From the NCBI RefSeq assembly GCF_006345805.1, contig NC_043015.1, positions 49,476,001 through 49,540,000 on the forward strand: 64,000 nt of DNA. Reading direction: 5' to 3'. Shown here one piece after another: positions 16,700-28,966 of the stretch. The position numbers and the translations under genes are program-made. Origin of the DNA: Octopus sinensis. Lineage: Eukaryota. Under the pieces are notes generated by a model. The model saw nothing but the letters and a program-made list of their open reading frames with translations, was not told the origin of the DNA and searched no databases. Position 1 is the first letter of the stretch, and each line of letters opens with the position of its first letter.

Positions 16700-17070
16700 G
16701 ACTAATTCGGCTGCTATTTCTAATATGCCTACCGACTGCATAGTAGCTCCCAACTTTAGCTCCTATCCTTTTTAATAAATCTGGATGCGAAGGTTTCAAT
16801 GTCGTCCTGGAATTGGTATGTTAATCTCTGTAAATTCTTTGTACAGTTAGAGGGTTAGGCATTATCTTCCTGGTAAAGATTGTGCGATTGCTTCATGTGT
16901 ACTTCAGTTACCGCCATCGTTTCTCGAATTATACAAGCAATTCGGGAGTTTGAGGACCTGGAATTGTTGTTTGTAAGACCAGAAAATGATTTTGTAAAAC
17001 TAGAACTAGTTTCAGTAATATAATAAGTCGCAACCAGTTTTTGATCCGTGACACGGCGAGACTTTTAGAA
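16700..17070 (-). mobile_element. Unclassified repeat with decayed reading frame (family E)
   Basis: Homologous to 19360-19482 (+); both translate to QRLTYQFxDDxETxASRxxK. Confidence 0.5.
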
Positions 17071-17118
17071 TTCTTTGTAAGTTAGTATCAATAAAATACA
17101 CCGCACACACATTATCTA

Positions 17119-17213
<95 letters not shown>

Positions 17214-17553
17214 CACACACACACATATACAATATAAAACAGACTTCTTTCAGTTTCCATCAACCAAATCCATTCACAATGCTTTGGTCGACCCATGGTT
17301 ATAGTTGAAGACACTTGCCCAAGGTGCTCCGCAGTGGGACTGAACCCGAAACTATGTAGTTGAGAACCACACTGCCATATTTACGCACACATATATATAT
17401 AACACATACATGTGTGTGTAGGGGGGTGTAACATATACATACATACATGCATACATACATACATACATACTACATACATACATACATACATACATGCATG
17501 CATGCATACATACATACATACATACATACATACATACTACATACATACATACA

Positions 17554-17678
<125 letters not shown>

Positions 17679-18759
17679 ACGTATTCGGCTGCGACAAACA
17701 CAACTTTATACTGAGGTCAGAAGCGATCTGCTGTTTCCATATCGATTCAGCCATCCTCAGTTATATATAATGACTGACAACAACAACAGCAGCAACAACA
17801 ACAACAACACCAATAACAATTCGTTTCTCTGATATATTCAATGCATTCGTGATTATTTTGTTTTCTATATTTAATAAATATATTCACATAATTTACGTAA
17901 TGGAAGCCATACTTCTTTTAGTTGGTTGTGGTATTTTTAAAATACCAATTATGGTTATGTTATTTTGTATCTAGCGTGATCACCGAATTCGAAACATCCA
18001 GTAGTTATTGAATTAGTGGAATCTGTACTTTAAATATATACACACAATGTAGAGGAACTGCATCGTGATTCGGTTTGCTCGCTGGCTTGCGTGTTTTAAA
18101 CACCCAGCTGAAGCTCATATACATTCGATTGTCGTCCTCGTAACACAATAAAATATTCAACAAGCATTCGCCTGCTAAAGAAAAGCTAATATTCCCTTAC
18201 AATAATGACTCGCAGGCATAATGGAGGAATTAATTAATTTTACTCGGAATTCTTACAGCGAATAATATTTATCAATAATTGCAACACGACACATCTTGTG
18301 GCTTTTACGAATATTAACTGGCAATTTACATTCTACATCCAATATCACTTGGTTAAATATTGGAAGAGCTAGAAAATGTTTATTATATTTCTTAGCAATA
18401 TTAATGTCATTTTAGCAGAGAGGAGAAGGGGAAGAAGGGGGAAAAAGAAGCGGAAGAAACATAGAGGCAGCACGATTGTGGCATATTATAATACGATAAC
18501 ATACATATGTTACTGTCGTTTCGAGATTGCCAAGCGTGTACGACTATAGACGTACAAGTGTGCTGTAAACAGGAATATTTCTTCTACCTGAACACAGAAT
18601 AGCTCACAGGAGACAATGATAATGGCTGACGCTTTCTAAACAAGAGAAAAATAGGAAATGTGCACAATAAGACACCTCAGAGACGCTATTGCGCAAGCAA
18701 GCGTTCACGCACACACGCACACACAGCAGACACACGAACAGAAAGAGCTTGCGCCCTCT

Positions 18760-18832
<73 letters not shown>

Positions 18833-18870
18833 CACATACATATATATATATATATATATACGCATATATA

Positions 18871-18902
<32 letters not shown>

Positions 18903-19214
18903 GGTATATATATAGTGTGGTGTATATATATATATAAATATTTATGTATATATATATATGTACACATACATATATATATATATATACACACACACACATA
19001 AACGCACACATAGACATATGCACACATCCTCTCGCACACACGCATATACGCACACCCACACACACGCACGCACTCACCATACGCAGGAGTGCATACGCAC
19101 AGCGTGCGCGTTCGCTCGCACATACACACATATATACTTACACATACTGACAGGTATATATTCACACGCACACATACATGCATACACACGCACATACCCA
19201 TGCACACACACACA

Positions 19215-19271
<57 letters not shown>

Positions 19272-19840
19272 GCACGCACACGCACACACACTCACATACA
19301 CACACAAAGTGATTCCAGGCAGAGATTTAATGATGAATAACAATCAGTTCTGTTTCGTTCTCAGAGATTAACTTACCAATTCCCGGACGACAAGGAAACT
19401 CTCGCATCCCGGCTTACCAAAAGGCGATACGAGTTAAAGTGGAGAGCCACTATGCGGTTGGTAGACGTGTTAGAAATAGCAGTCACAGATATTTCCTTGA
19501 CGCCATGCCGACAATTTTGGATTTTGGCACAGAGGTGAAGGTGCGTAGCTTAGTGGTTAATGTGTTCGCTTCACAATCGTAAGGTCGTTGTGTCCTTGAG
19601 CAAGACACTTTATTTCAGTCATTTGACTGCGGCCATGCTGGAGCACCGCCTTTAGTCGAAGAAATCGACCCCAGGACTTAATCTTTGTCAGCCTAGCACT
19701 TATTTTATCCTTTTCTTTTGACAAACCGCTAAGTTACGGGTACATAAACATACCAGCATCGGTTGTCAAACGATTTCACTGACATTTATCGCTGACCAAA
19801 ATCTCAAATCCCACCTGGACCTCTTAGAAAAAAGATGATT

Positions 19841-20662
19841 CAGTAGAACCTCGTAGTACGAGTGCACCACTGTGCGAGTAATTTGCCCAACGAGCCGAGA
19901 CTCGTGCGAATTTTTGTCTTGAAGTACGAGCAGAAATCCGCAGTACGAGCACACAAGTCGAGGTCGACTTTGCCTTTCATCCTTTCCGGGTCGATTAAAT
20001 AAGTACCAGTTACGCACTGGGGTCGATGTAATCGACTTAATACGTTTGCCTGTCCTTGTTTGTCCTCCCTATGTTTAGCCCCTTGTGGGTAGTAAAGAAA
20101 TAGGTATTTCTTCTAGCTTTACGTTCTGAATTCAAATTCCGCCGAGGTCGACATTGCCTTTCATCCTTTCGGGCTCGATAAATTAAGTACCAGTTGCGTA
20201 CTGGGGTCTATCTAATCGACAGGGCCCCTTCCACCAAAGGAAATAGATCTTCCTTATGATGTATCCACTGGATCGCTTTCGGGCTGATATTTAGGAATTA
20301 ACACTAGCCTTCCCTCAAGCTTTACATACATAATGCAATCTCACAAAGTTCAAGTTTCTGGTAGGGTAATAATCCCTTCTACTGTAGGCACAAAGCCTGA
20401 AATTTGGGGATGGAGGAATAATCTTTCAGGTAGTTCAGTTAATAAAGCCAGTTTACATATTTCTTTTGCAGTTTCATTTTCATAATTGTCACTTTACCTG
20501 TAACTACACCTTTTCTGTTTTAAATAATATAAAAAATTTTTAAAAAGTGGTTTTGTGGGGCTGGAACGGATTAATTATATTTTAGTTAATTTCAGTGGGG
20601 AAAATTGATTTGTAAAACGAGTAAATCGTAAGACGAGCTCGGTCATGGAACGAATTAAACTG
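19841..20662. mobile_element. Tigger/pogo-like MITE interrupted by SINE B and copied sequence
   Basis: CAGTAGAACCTCGTAGTACGAG left end; GGAACGGATTAATT...GGAACGAATTAAACTG-TA right portion. Confidence 0.5.
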
Positions 20663-20663
20663 T

Positions 20664-21013
20664 AGCCGATTCGTTGAAGGCGTTACTCTAGCAAGAGGCT
20701 TGTTTCCCAACCACATGGTTCCGGGTTCAGTCCCACTGCGTGGCACCTTGGCCAAGTGTCTTCTGCTACAGCCTTGTGAGTGGATTAGGTAGACGGAAAT
20801 TGAAAGAAGTCCGTAGTGTATATGTATATGTATGTCTCATATATACTATGGGCTTCTTTCAGTTTCCATCCACCTAATCCACTCACAAGGCTTTGGTCAG
20901 CCCGAGGCTGTAGCAGAAGACACTTGCCCAAGGTGCCACGCAGTGGGACTGAACCCGGAACCATGTGGTTGGGAAACAAGCCCCTTGCTAAAGTAACGCC
21001 TTCAACGAATCGG
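20664..21013. repeat. Fold-back inverted repeat of SINE A 5' half plus flank
   Basis: Arms 20664-20818 and 20843-21013 include GCCGATTCGTTGAAGGCGTTACT flank on both sides. Confidence 0.85.
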
Positions 21014-21749
21014 CCACAGTATATTTTTCTTTTTAAATCCTTGTACTTATTCTGTCGTATACTTCTGTCGAACCGCTACGTTACGGGGACGTAAAAATAC
21101 CAACACCGGTTATCAATATGTTGTGTCTGTGTTTGTGCCCCCACCCGACATCGGTTAACAACCGATGCTGGTATGTTTATGTACCCGTAACTTAGCGGTT
21201 TGTCAAAAGAGAAGGATAAAATAAGTGCTAGGCTGACAAAGAATAAGTCCTGGGGTCGATTTCTTCGACTAAAGGCGGTGCTCCAGCATGGCCGCAGTCA
21301 AATGACTGCAACGGGTAAAGGAATCTAAACAACAATAACAACAACAACAGCAACAACAACCAGCGTAACCAGAACAACAGCAACAACAACAGCATCAGCA
21401 GCAACGACATCAGTAGCTAACCTCACTACTCTCATAGATGCATGCTGGATGCTGGTATGTCACAGATATTTCCTTGATGCCATGCCGACAATTTTGGATT
21501 TTGGCACAGAGGTGAAGGTGCGTGGCTTGGTGGTTAATGTGTTCGCTTCACAATCGTAAGGTCGTGTGTTCGATTGCTGTCGACACGTTGTGTCCTTGAG
21601 CAAGACACTTTTTTTCAGTCATTCGACTGCGGCCATGCTGGAGCACCACCTTTAGTCGAAGAAATCGACCCCAGGACTTATTCTTTGTCAGCCTAGCACT
21701 TATTTTATCCTTCTCTTTTGACAAACCGCTAAGTTACTGGTATTTCCTT

Positions 21750-21966
21750 ACAGATATTTCCTTGATGCCATGTGTTCGCTTCACAATCGTAAGGTCATGA
21801 GTTCGATTCCTGTCGACACGTTGTGTCCTTGAGCAAGACACTTTATTTCACTTTCAGTCCACTCAGCTGGCAAAAAATGAGTAGTAGCTGTAATTCAAAG
21901 GGGCCAGCAACATTGTCACATTCTGTGTCACACTGAATCTCCCTAACAACTACGTTATGGGCACGC
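21750..21966 (+). mobile_element. SINE family D (V-like domain), partial
   Basis: TGTGTCCTTGAGCAAGACACT motif and tail homologous to 62446-62765; further head copies at 19533 and 21510. Confidence 0.75.
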
Positions 21967-22533
21967 GTTAGCGCGCCGGGCGAAATGCTTAGCAGTATTT
22001 CATCTGCCGTTACGTTCTGAGTTCAAATTTCGCCGAGGTCGACTTTGCCTTTCATCCTTTCGGGGTCGATAAATTAAGTACCAGTTACGCACTGGGGTCG
22101 ATGTAATCGACTTAATACGTTTGTCTGTCCTTGTTTGTCCTCTCTGTGTTTAGCCCCTTGTGGGTAGTAAAGAAATAGGTATTTCATCTGCCGCTACGTT
22201 CTGAGTTCAAATTTCGCCGAGGTCGACTTTGCCTTTCATCCTTTCGGGGTCGATTAAATAAGTACCAGTTACGCACTGGAGTCGATGTAATCGACTTAAT
22301 ACGTTTGTCTGTCCTTGTTTGTCCTCTCTATGTTTAGCCCCTTGTGGGTAGTAAAGAAATAGGTATTTCTTCTGTATTCACGTTCTGAATTCCAATTCCG
22401 CCGAGGTCGACATTGCCTTTCATCCTTTCGGGGTCGATAAATTAAGTACCAGTTGCGTACTGGGGTTTATCTAATCGACAGGGCCCCTTCCACCAAAATT
22501 TATGCCTCGTGCCTTGAGTAGAAAGGATTATTA
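21967..22533 (+). mobile_element. SINE family B trimer
   Basis: Units restart at 22178 and 22362 after AAAGAAATA. Confidence 0.85.
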
Positions 22534-23420
22534 CAGTGCTGAGCTGCACTGTCAACGGTAACAATTTACTGTTTTTATGTGGTCGGAGTCAGCAAGAACT
22601 TCGTATGTTCGCCATAAACGCAACGTAATCTTGACGGTGCAAAACGAATCATTAATCCTTTGGCAAGCATTCAAGAATTATCAGCTAAAATCCAAATGTG
22701 AATTTCCTCAAGCCAAAATGTTATTGTTATGTGGAATGCCATATATTTAGTTTGAATAATGGAGATAAAATAGCATACTTGAAATTGGAGCTTCCCAGAA
22801 CAAGAAAGTTCATTGACTTTCGCAGGAAATCTAATCCGAGAAATTTAACATATCTACGTTATGTCTAAAGATTTAGGAAAGAATCGCTAAGCTGAAACTC
22901 TTAAGAGCTCAATGTCGAGCGATTGTTGCAAAAGGCTTCAGGCAACGAAGTAGAAACACTGAGACAACGAAGAATTTTCTAAGTCTTCATTCATTCTGCC
23001 AGAAATAGCAGTCAGTTCTTCTTCATATTTCACTTTAAGGTCTTAACGAAAAAAAAGAATACATTAAATGACGCAGACTCAGATACACTAAGCCTGAAGA
23101 ATAAAATAAGATGGGATGGTCACGGTTAGATTAGATTATGATCAATGGCTTGTTTTGAGTAAGGCTGAAGTGTGGTTGCGTAGCAAATACTATCACACGC
23201 ACACATTCACACACACACACAAACACACACACACACACACACGCACGCACACACACACACACATTCACACACACACACATTCACCCGCACTCACACACGC
23301 AGGCACGCAAACACTCATATGTGTGTACGCGTTTGTGTAGTTCCGTACTGTCTAGAGACCGTGGACCCTTTTGGACGGTCAAGCGATTTCACTGACATTT
23401 ATCGCTGACCAAAATCACAT

Positions 23421-23680
23421 TGTGGAGGCGCAATGGCCCAGTGGTTCGGGCAGCGGACACGCGGTCGGAGGATCACGGTTTCGATTCCCAAACCGGGCGT
23501 TGTGTGTGTTTATTGAGCGAAAACACCTAAAAAATCTCTCACTCTTTCTTCCTGTTTCTTGAATAACGCTGCGATGGACTGGCGTCCCGTCCAGCTCGAG
23601 GGAACACATACGCCACAGAAACCGGGAAACCGGGCCCATGAGCCTGGCTAGGCTTGAAAAGGGCGTATAAATAGTAAATA
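23421..23680 (+). mobile_element. SINE family C, tail type 1
   Basis: GTGGAGGCGCAATGGCCCAGTGG head; TSD AAAATCACAT at 23411-23420 and 23681-23690. Confidence 0.85.
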
Positions 23681-24071
23681 AAAATCACATCACACCCGCC
23701 CAACTGAATTGGAACGCCGAGCTGTTGTTGAAATGGTTACTACTCCTTTACGACTAAATGCACTGCTCTGAGTGGCTGTATGCAAATGAGTTCATTACTG
23801 GTGTCCGGAACTCTGATGGGAAAAAGAATTTCGCGTCCGGGAACCGAAACCACTGTCTTGCGATCAGGAGTGCAAGCCCGAACCAACAGGCCACGCGTCT
23901 TCATATATATAGGTGTGGCTGTGTGGTAAGAAGTTTGCTTCCCAGCCACGTTGTTCCAGATTCAGTTCCACTACGTGGCACGTTGGGCAAGTGTCCTATA
24001 CTACAGCCTTGGGCCGACCAAAGCCTTGTGAGTGGGTTTGGTAGACGGAAACTGAAAAAGCCTGTTTTGTG

Positions 24072-24111
<40 letters not shown>

Positions 24112-24115
<4 letters not shown>

Positions 24116-24328
24116 TTTTGATTTTGATTTTTCCGGTTTCAGCTAATGAGCTGTGGCCATGCTGGAGCACCGCCGTTAGTCGAGCAAATCGACCCTGGGA
24201 CTTATTCTTTGTAAGCCCAGTACTTATTCTATCGGTCTCTTATTGCCGAACCGCTAAGTGACGGAGACGTAAACACACCAGCATCTGTTGTCAAGCAATG
24301 CTAGGGGGACAAACACAGACACACAAAT

Positions 24329-24377
<49 letters not shown>

Positions 24378-24516
24378 TACGACAGGCTTCTTTCAGTTTC
24401 CGTCTACCAAATCCACTCACAAGGCATTGGTCGGCCCGGGGCTATAGCAGAAGACACTTGCCCAAGATGCCACGCAGTGGGACTGAACCCAGAACCACAC
24501 AGCCACTCCTGCGCCT
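24112..24516 (-). mobile_element. SINE family A with alternative (AAAATC)n tail; a plus-strand 5' half lies at 23911-24066
   Basis: Tail CACAGCTCATTAGCTGAAACCGG differs from the usual CAGTCAAATGACTGAAAC. Confidence 0.8.
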
Positions 24517-24528
24517 ATATATATATAT

Positions 24529-24667
24529 AGGAGAGTTCACGAAAAAAAAAAACAAAAGACGAAGATAGGTGGTGTACAAAACAAACAGATGTATTAGTAT
24601 AACGCTCAGGAATAGAAAAAGTATTTTACGTTTCGAGCCTACGCTCTTCTACAGAAAGGGACACAGA
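24529..24667 (-). mobile_element. Penelope-like pLTR remnant with hammerhead-like motif (24622-24659)
   Basis: Minus: CCTTT-CTGTAGA-A-GAGC-GTAG-GCTC-GAAAC-GTA-AAA. Confidence 0.6.
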
Positions 24668-24986
24668 TATAAATGTTATATGAGTATAAAGCCGTAATCT
24701 CTTTCTCTTACATATATATGTGTATGTCTCTGTATGTGTGTATCTGTGTGTGTCTTTGCATCAGTTTTTGTCCCCCGTCACATTTGACACACTTGTGTTT
24801 ACGGCCCTGTAACCTAGTGATTCCGCATAACAGACCGATAGAATAAGTACCAGGTTTTAATAAAAGTGCTAAAAACTCTTCAAAGCGCGTAGCGATGCAT
24901 TAAAATATTTATAAATTTCATCCGTGGATTATTATTATTATTATTATTATTATTTTTAGTAGTAGTAGTAGTAGTATAGTAGTAGT

Positions 24987-25038
<52 letters not shown>

Positions 25039-25058
25039 TAGTGGTGGTGGTGGTGGTG

Positions 25059-25100
<42 letters not shown>

Positions 25101-25228
25101 TATGCGGCCCCGAATTTTATCCTGCATGAGCTAAATTGAAACCAATTGACTGGTCCACTCGTGTCTGGCATGAATAGTGACAGTTATAGTAAGTAGAGAC
25201 AACAGAAATATATATATATATAATATAT

Positions 25229-25302
<74 letters not shown>

Positions 25303-25984
25303 AAGTAAATGAAAACACAATTATAGAAAAGAGATTTATATTAGCCGAGTGACAGAATTAATTAAATGAATTAATAATGAAGGTATGAACTGTCGCTTAA
25401 CTTGTCAAATATTTGTGTTCAATTCAAAAGGAAAAAATCTTTTCCTTGTCAAAAATGTTGACCTTTATAAAATGACATTAATTGAAGCAAACATCTCTCT
25501 TCGTTTCATTCTTTACGATTTTTGCTACAACAAATACGCCAGCTGGTTTTCATATCCTGCATTTTACTATTTTATTTTTTTTTATATTCTTGCTGCATTT
25601 TTTTTTTGAGTATTTTATAAGGACGTCTTTTTTTATTTATTCTTTTTCTTGTTTGTTTGGAGAAGTGTTGTGTCCTAATTTTTCTAGTTTCTATGTTAAC
25701 TCGGTACTCGACTGAGAGAGTCCCGTTGCCCCTGTGGGCCCGATAGACACCCGAACTAGTTTACTGGTTCAGTCGATGTTGTTCTAAAGAAAGACACGGC
25801 TGATGGTGGAATCAATAAAATGCTCAACACTAAGCCGAGGAAATAGATGACTCTTATGATGTATCCACTGAAACGCTTTCGGGTTGACATTTAAGAATTA
25901 ATACTAGCCTTCCCTCAAGCTTTACATACATAATGCAATCTCACAAAGTTCAAGTTTCTGGTAGGGTAATAATCCCTTCTACTG

Positions 25985-26720
25985 TAGGCACAAAGCATGA
26001 CATTTGGGGATGGAGGAATAATCCATTACATAACACCCAGTGTTCAACTGGTACTTATTCCATCGAACCCCATGGCATGATACGCAAAGTCGACCTTGGT
26101 AGAATTTGAACTCAGAACGTAAAGAGGACCAAATGCCGCTAAGAATTTTGTCCCGCGTGCAAAAGATTCTTTTCTACTCTAGGCACAAGGCCTGAAATTT
26201 TGGGGGAAGAGCCAGTCGATTACATCGACCCCAGTACGCAACTGAAACTTAATTTATCGACCCCGAAAGGATGAAGGACAAAGTCGACTTCGGTGGAATT
26301 TGAACACAGAACGTAAAGAGGACCAAATGCCGCTAAGCATTTTGTCCCGCGTGCAAAAGATTCTTTTCTACTCTAGGCACAAGGCCTGAAATTTTGGGGG
26401 AAGAGCCAGTCGATTACATCGACCCTAGTACGCAACTGAAACTTAATTTATCGACCCCGAAAGGATGAAAGACAAAGTCGACCACGGTGTAATTTGAACT
26501 CAGAACGTAAAGAGGACCAAATGCCGCTAAGAATTTTGTCCCGCGTGCAAAAGATTCTTTTCTACTCTAGGCACAAGGCCTGAAATTTGGGGAGAAGAGC
26601 CAGTCGATTACATCGACCCCAGTACGCAACTGAAACAACTTAATTTATCGACCCCGAAAGGATGAAAGACAAAGTCGACTTCGGTGGAATTCGAACACAG
26701 AACGTAAAGTGGTTCAAATG
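25985..26720 (-). repeat. Tandem array of SINE B (tail2) units, 194-bp period
   Basis: AAAAGATTC landmark at 26161, 26355, 26549. Confidence 0.9.
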
Positions 26721-26789
26721 CCCGAGATCCTAGAAGTCCCACAGGCAGACAGACAGAACGGATTTTATATAAGAGATTATCGTAAGATA

Positions 26790-27143
26790 TCTTTATATAT
26801 AAAAGTCAAGTTGTGTGTCTGTCTCCTACGATTTAGATTCCTAACTACTCCCACATTTTGCGCTGCAGTTTAACCAAAACCGGGTATCTTATAGTCGTGA
26901 TTCATATCGAGCCCTTCTGGGTATTAGCTAGCGTCTACGATGAGTCTACGATTTTAAAAAGAATTTACTATCATTTTTTTCCATTTTAATGCATTTTTTC
27001 GCTATTATATAAGGGAAGTAACTCTCTAAAAATGTCTACGATGAGTCAACGATTTAAAAAAAAATTTTTGGCTATAACTCTCTAAAAATGCTTATATAGT
27101 TATTTCCCTTACAAACCCGAGCAACGCCGGGCGATACTGCTAG
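26790..27143 (+). mobile_element. Non-autonomous Helitron (internally deleted)
   Basis: A|TC start, CCCGAGCAACGCCGGG hairpin, CTAG|T end; homologous to 13107-13606. Confidence 0.85.
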
Positions 27144-27837
27144 TTTATCTATATTTACCATTATTTATGTTTACATTCATTCAGCCAAAAAAGATTAAAA
27201 AAAACAAACACACACACACAGAAAAAAATATAAGAATAAGAATAAATATAAGAAAATATAAGAAAACAATAGTACGACTGTATAAAGAATGTGACCGTGC
27301 ATAGTCTACAGTTTTACTTCGGACGTGATTTACTATCTTATCAATTTAATACCACAAACTAGATTAATAGTTCATTATTGTTTCCTTTATCTTTATCTTC
27401 TTTCGTTCTTTATTTATCTGTAAATTACTATTAAACACATACAATATTATTTAAATGAATTCACTTGGTCTTTTCAGCTCTAAGTTATTCAGTCATTACA
27501 GCAAACTTGCGGGTGAGAGAAAATTTTTTTGCAAAGAGCAAACAGTCTAAGCTGAAAATATAAACGTGTCTCGAATGACCTTGCCGCTTGGTGTTTTTGT
27601 ATTGTTTTGTTTCGTGTTTTTTTTTCTAGTTTTATTTTTATTTCTGTCATTTTTATTTTTATTTTTTCATTGATATGCCAATGAATCTAGTCACGTAAAC
27701 GAGATATTTACACTGCCGACATATTCGGCTGGATATTCCAGTCACAATCTCGACAAGTACTCCTGTATGTTGTAGCAAGTTTACCGTCCGTCTCGGCAGA
27801 CATATTTTTGTGGTTTTCAAACAAGAGACAACAACAA

Positions 27838-27838
27838 C

Positions 27839-27890
<52 letters not shown>

Positions 27891-27920
27891 TAATAATAAT
27901 AATAAAAAATAACAATGATG

Positions 27921-27968
<48 letters not shown>

Positions 27969-27979
27969 TAACAATGATG

Positions 27980-28018
<39 letters not shown>

Positions 28019-28046
28019 TAATAATAATAATAAAATAACAATGATG

Positions 28047-28085
<39 letters not shown>

Positions 28086-28220
28086 TAAAATAACAATGAT
28101 GATAATAATAATATAACTAATAATAATAATAATATAATAATAATAAAATAATAATAATAATAATAAAATAACAATGATGATAATAATAATAATAATAATA
28201 ATAATAAAATAACAATGATG

Positions 28221-28272
<52 letters not shown>
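27838..28272. repeat. (TAA)n microsatellite with recurrent AAAATAACAATGATGAT variant
   Basis: About six variant units interspersed in TAA runs. Confidence 0.9.
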
Positions 28273-28274
<2 letters not shown>

Positions 28275-28279
<5 letters not shown>

Positions 28280-28471
28280 AACACCAGGACTTACAAACAC
28301 ATATAACATACAGAAAATTGCACTACTAGGCACTGCACACATCCTACGCAGAACACTTTCCATACAATAACCATCAGAGCATCACAGCAAATCACAGCCC
28401 ATACCCAAGGCACACAGAGCTGCGCTCGGTAGTGAAGTGAAAGCACGCTATAAAAATAAAACTACTGAATG

Positions 28472-28472
<1 letters not shown>
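28275..28472 (+). mobile_element. Dong/R4-clade LINE 3' end, 5'-truncated, inserted in (TAA)n
   Basis: 28275-28370 reads TKTPGLTNTYNIQKIALLGTAHILRRTLSIQ*, the typical R4/Dong C-terminal motif; TAA repeats on both sides. Confidence 0.8.
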
Positions 28473-28508
<36 letters not shown>

Positions 28509-28528
<20 letters not shown>

Positions 28529-28696
28529 GTCATGCGCTGTTTATCTTGATATGAGATCACCATGTCGCGCACATATGGTTGTGATGCATGTATGTGCCTG
28601 GTGTACCCTTATCAGACGGGTAGTCATGACGGGTATACTGGGCTTCGTATATTTTACCCCAGTGTCACTTTGATGGCATACACTGCTCTCTCACTC

Positions 28697-28698
<2 letters not shown>
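28509..28698 (+). mobile_element. Second (TAA)n-flanked insert, probably the 3' UTR of another TAA-targeting LINE
   Basis: 190-bp complex sequence bounded by pure TAA tracts; no coding motif. Confidence 0.45.
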
Positions 28699-28743
<45 letters not shown>

Positions 28744-28795
28744 AAATGATAATAATAATAATAAAATATAATAATAAGATATATATTTAGGCGTT

Positions 28796-28933
28796 TGAGT
28801 GACTGTGTGGTAAGTAGCTTGCTTACGAACCACATGGTTCCGGGTTCAGTCCCACTACGTGGCACCTTGGGCAAGTGACTTCTGTTATAGCCTCGGGCCG
28901 ACCAACAGACGGAAAATGAAAGAAGCCCGTCGC

Positions 28934-28966
<33 letters not shown>

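Noticed and set aside
25985-26720. Regular repeat array as CRISPR
   Set aside because: Whole 194-bp units repeat with no unique spacers; eukaryotic context, no cas genes
27659-28363. 234-aa minus ORF with poly-I/L/Y
   Set aside because: Antisense of the Dong 3' end plus (TAA)n
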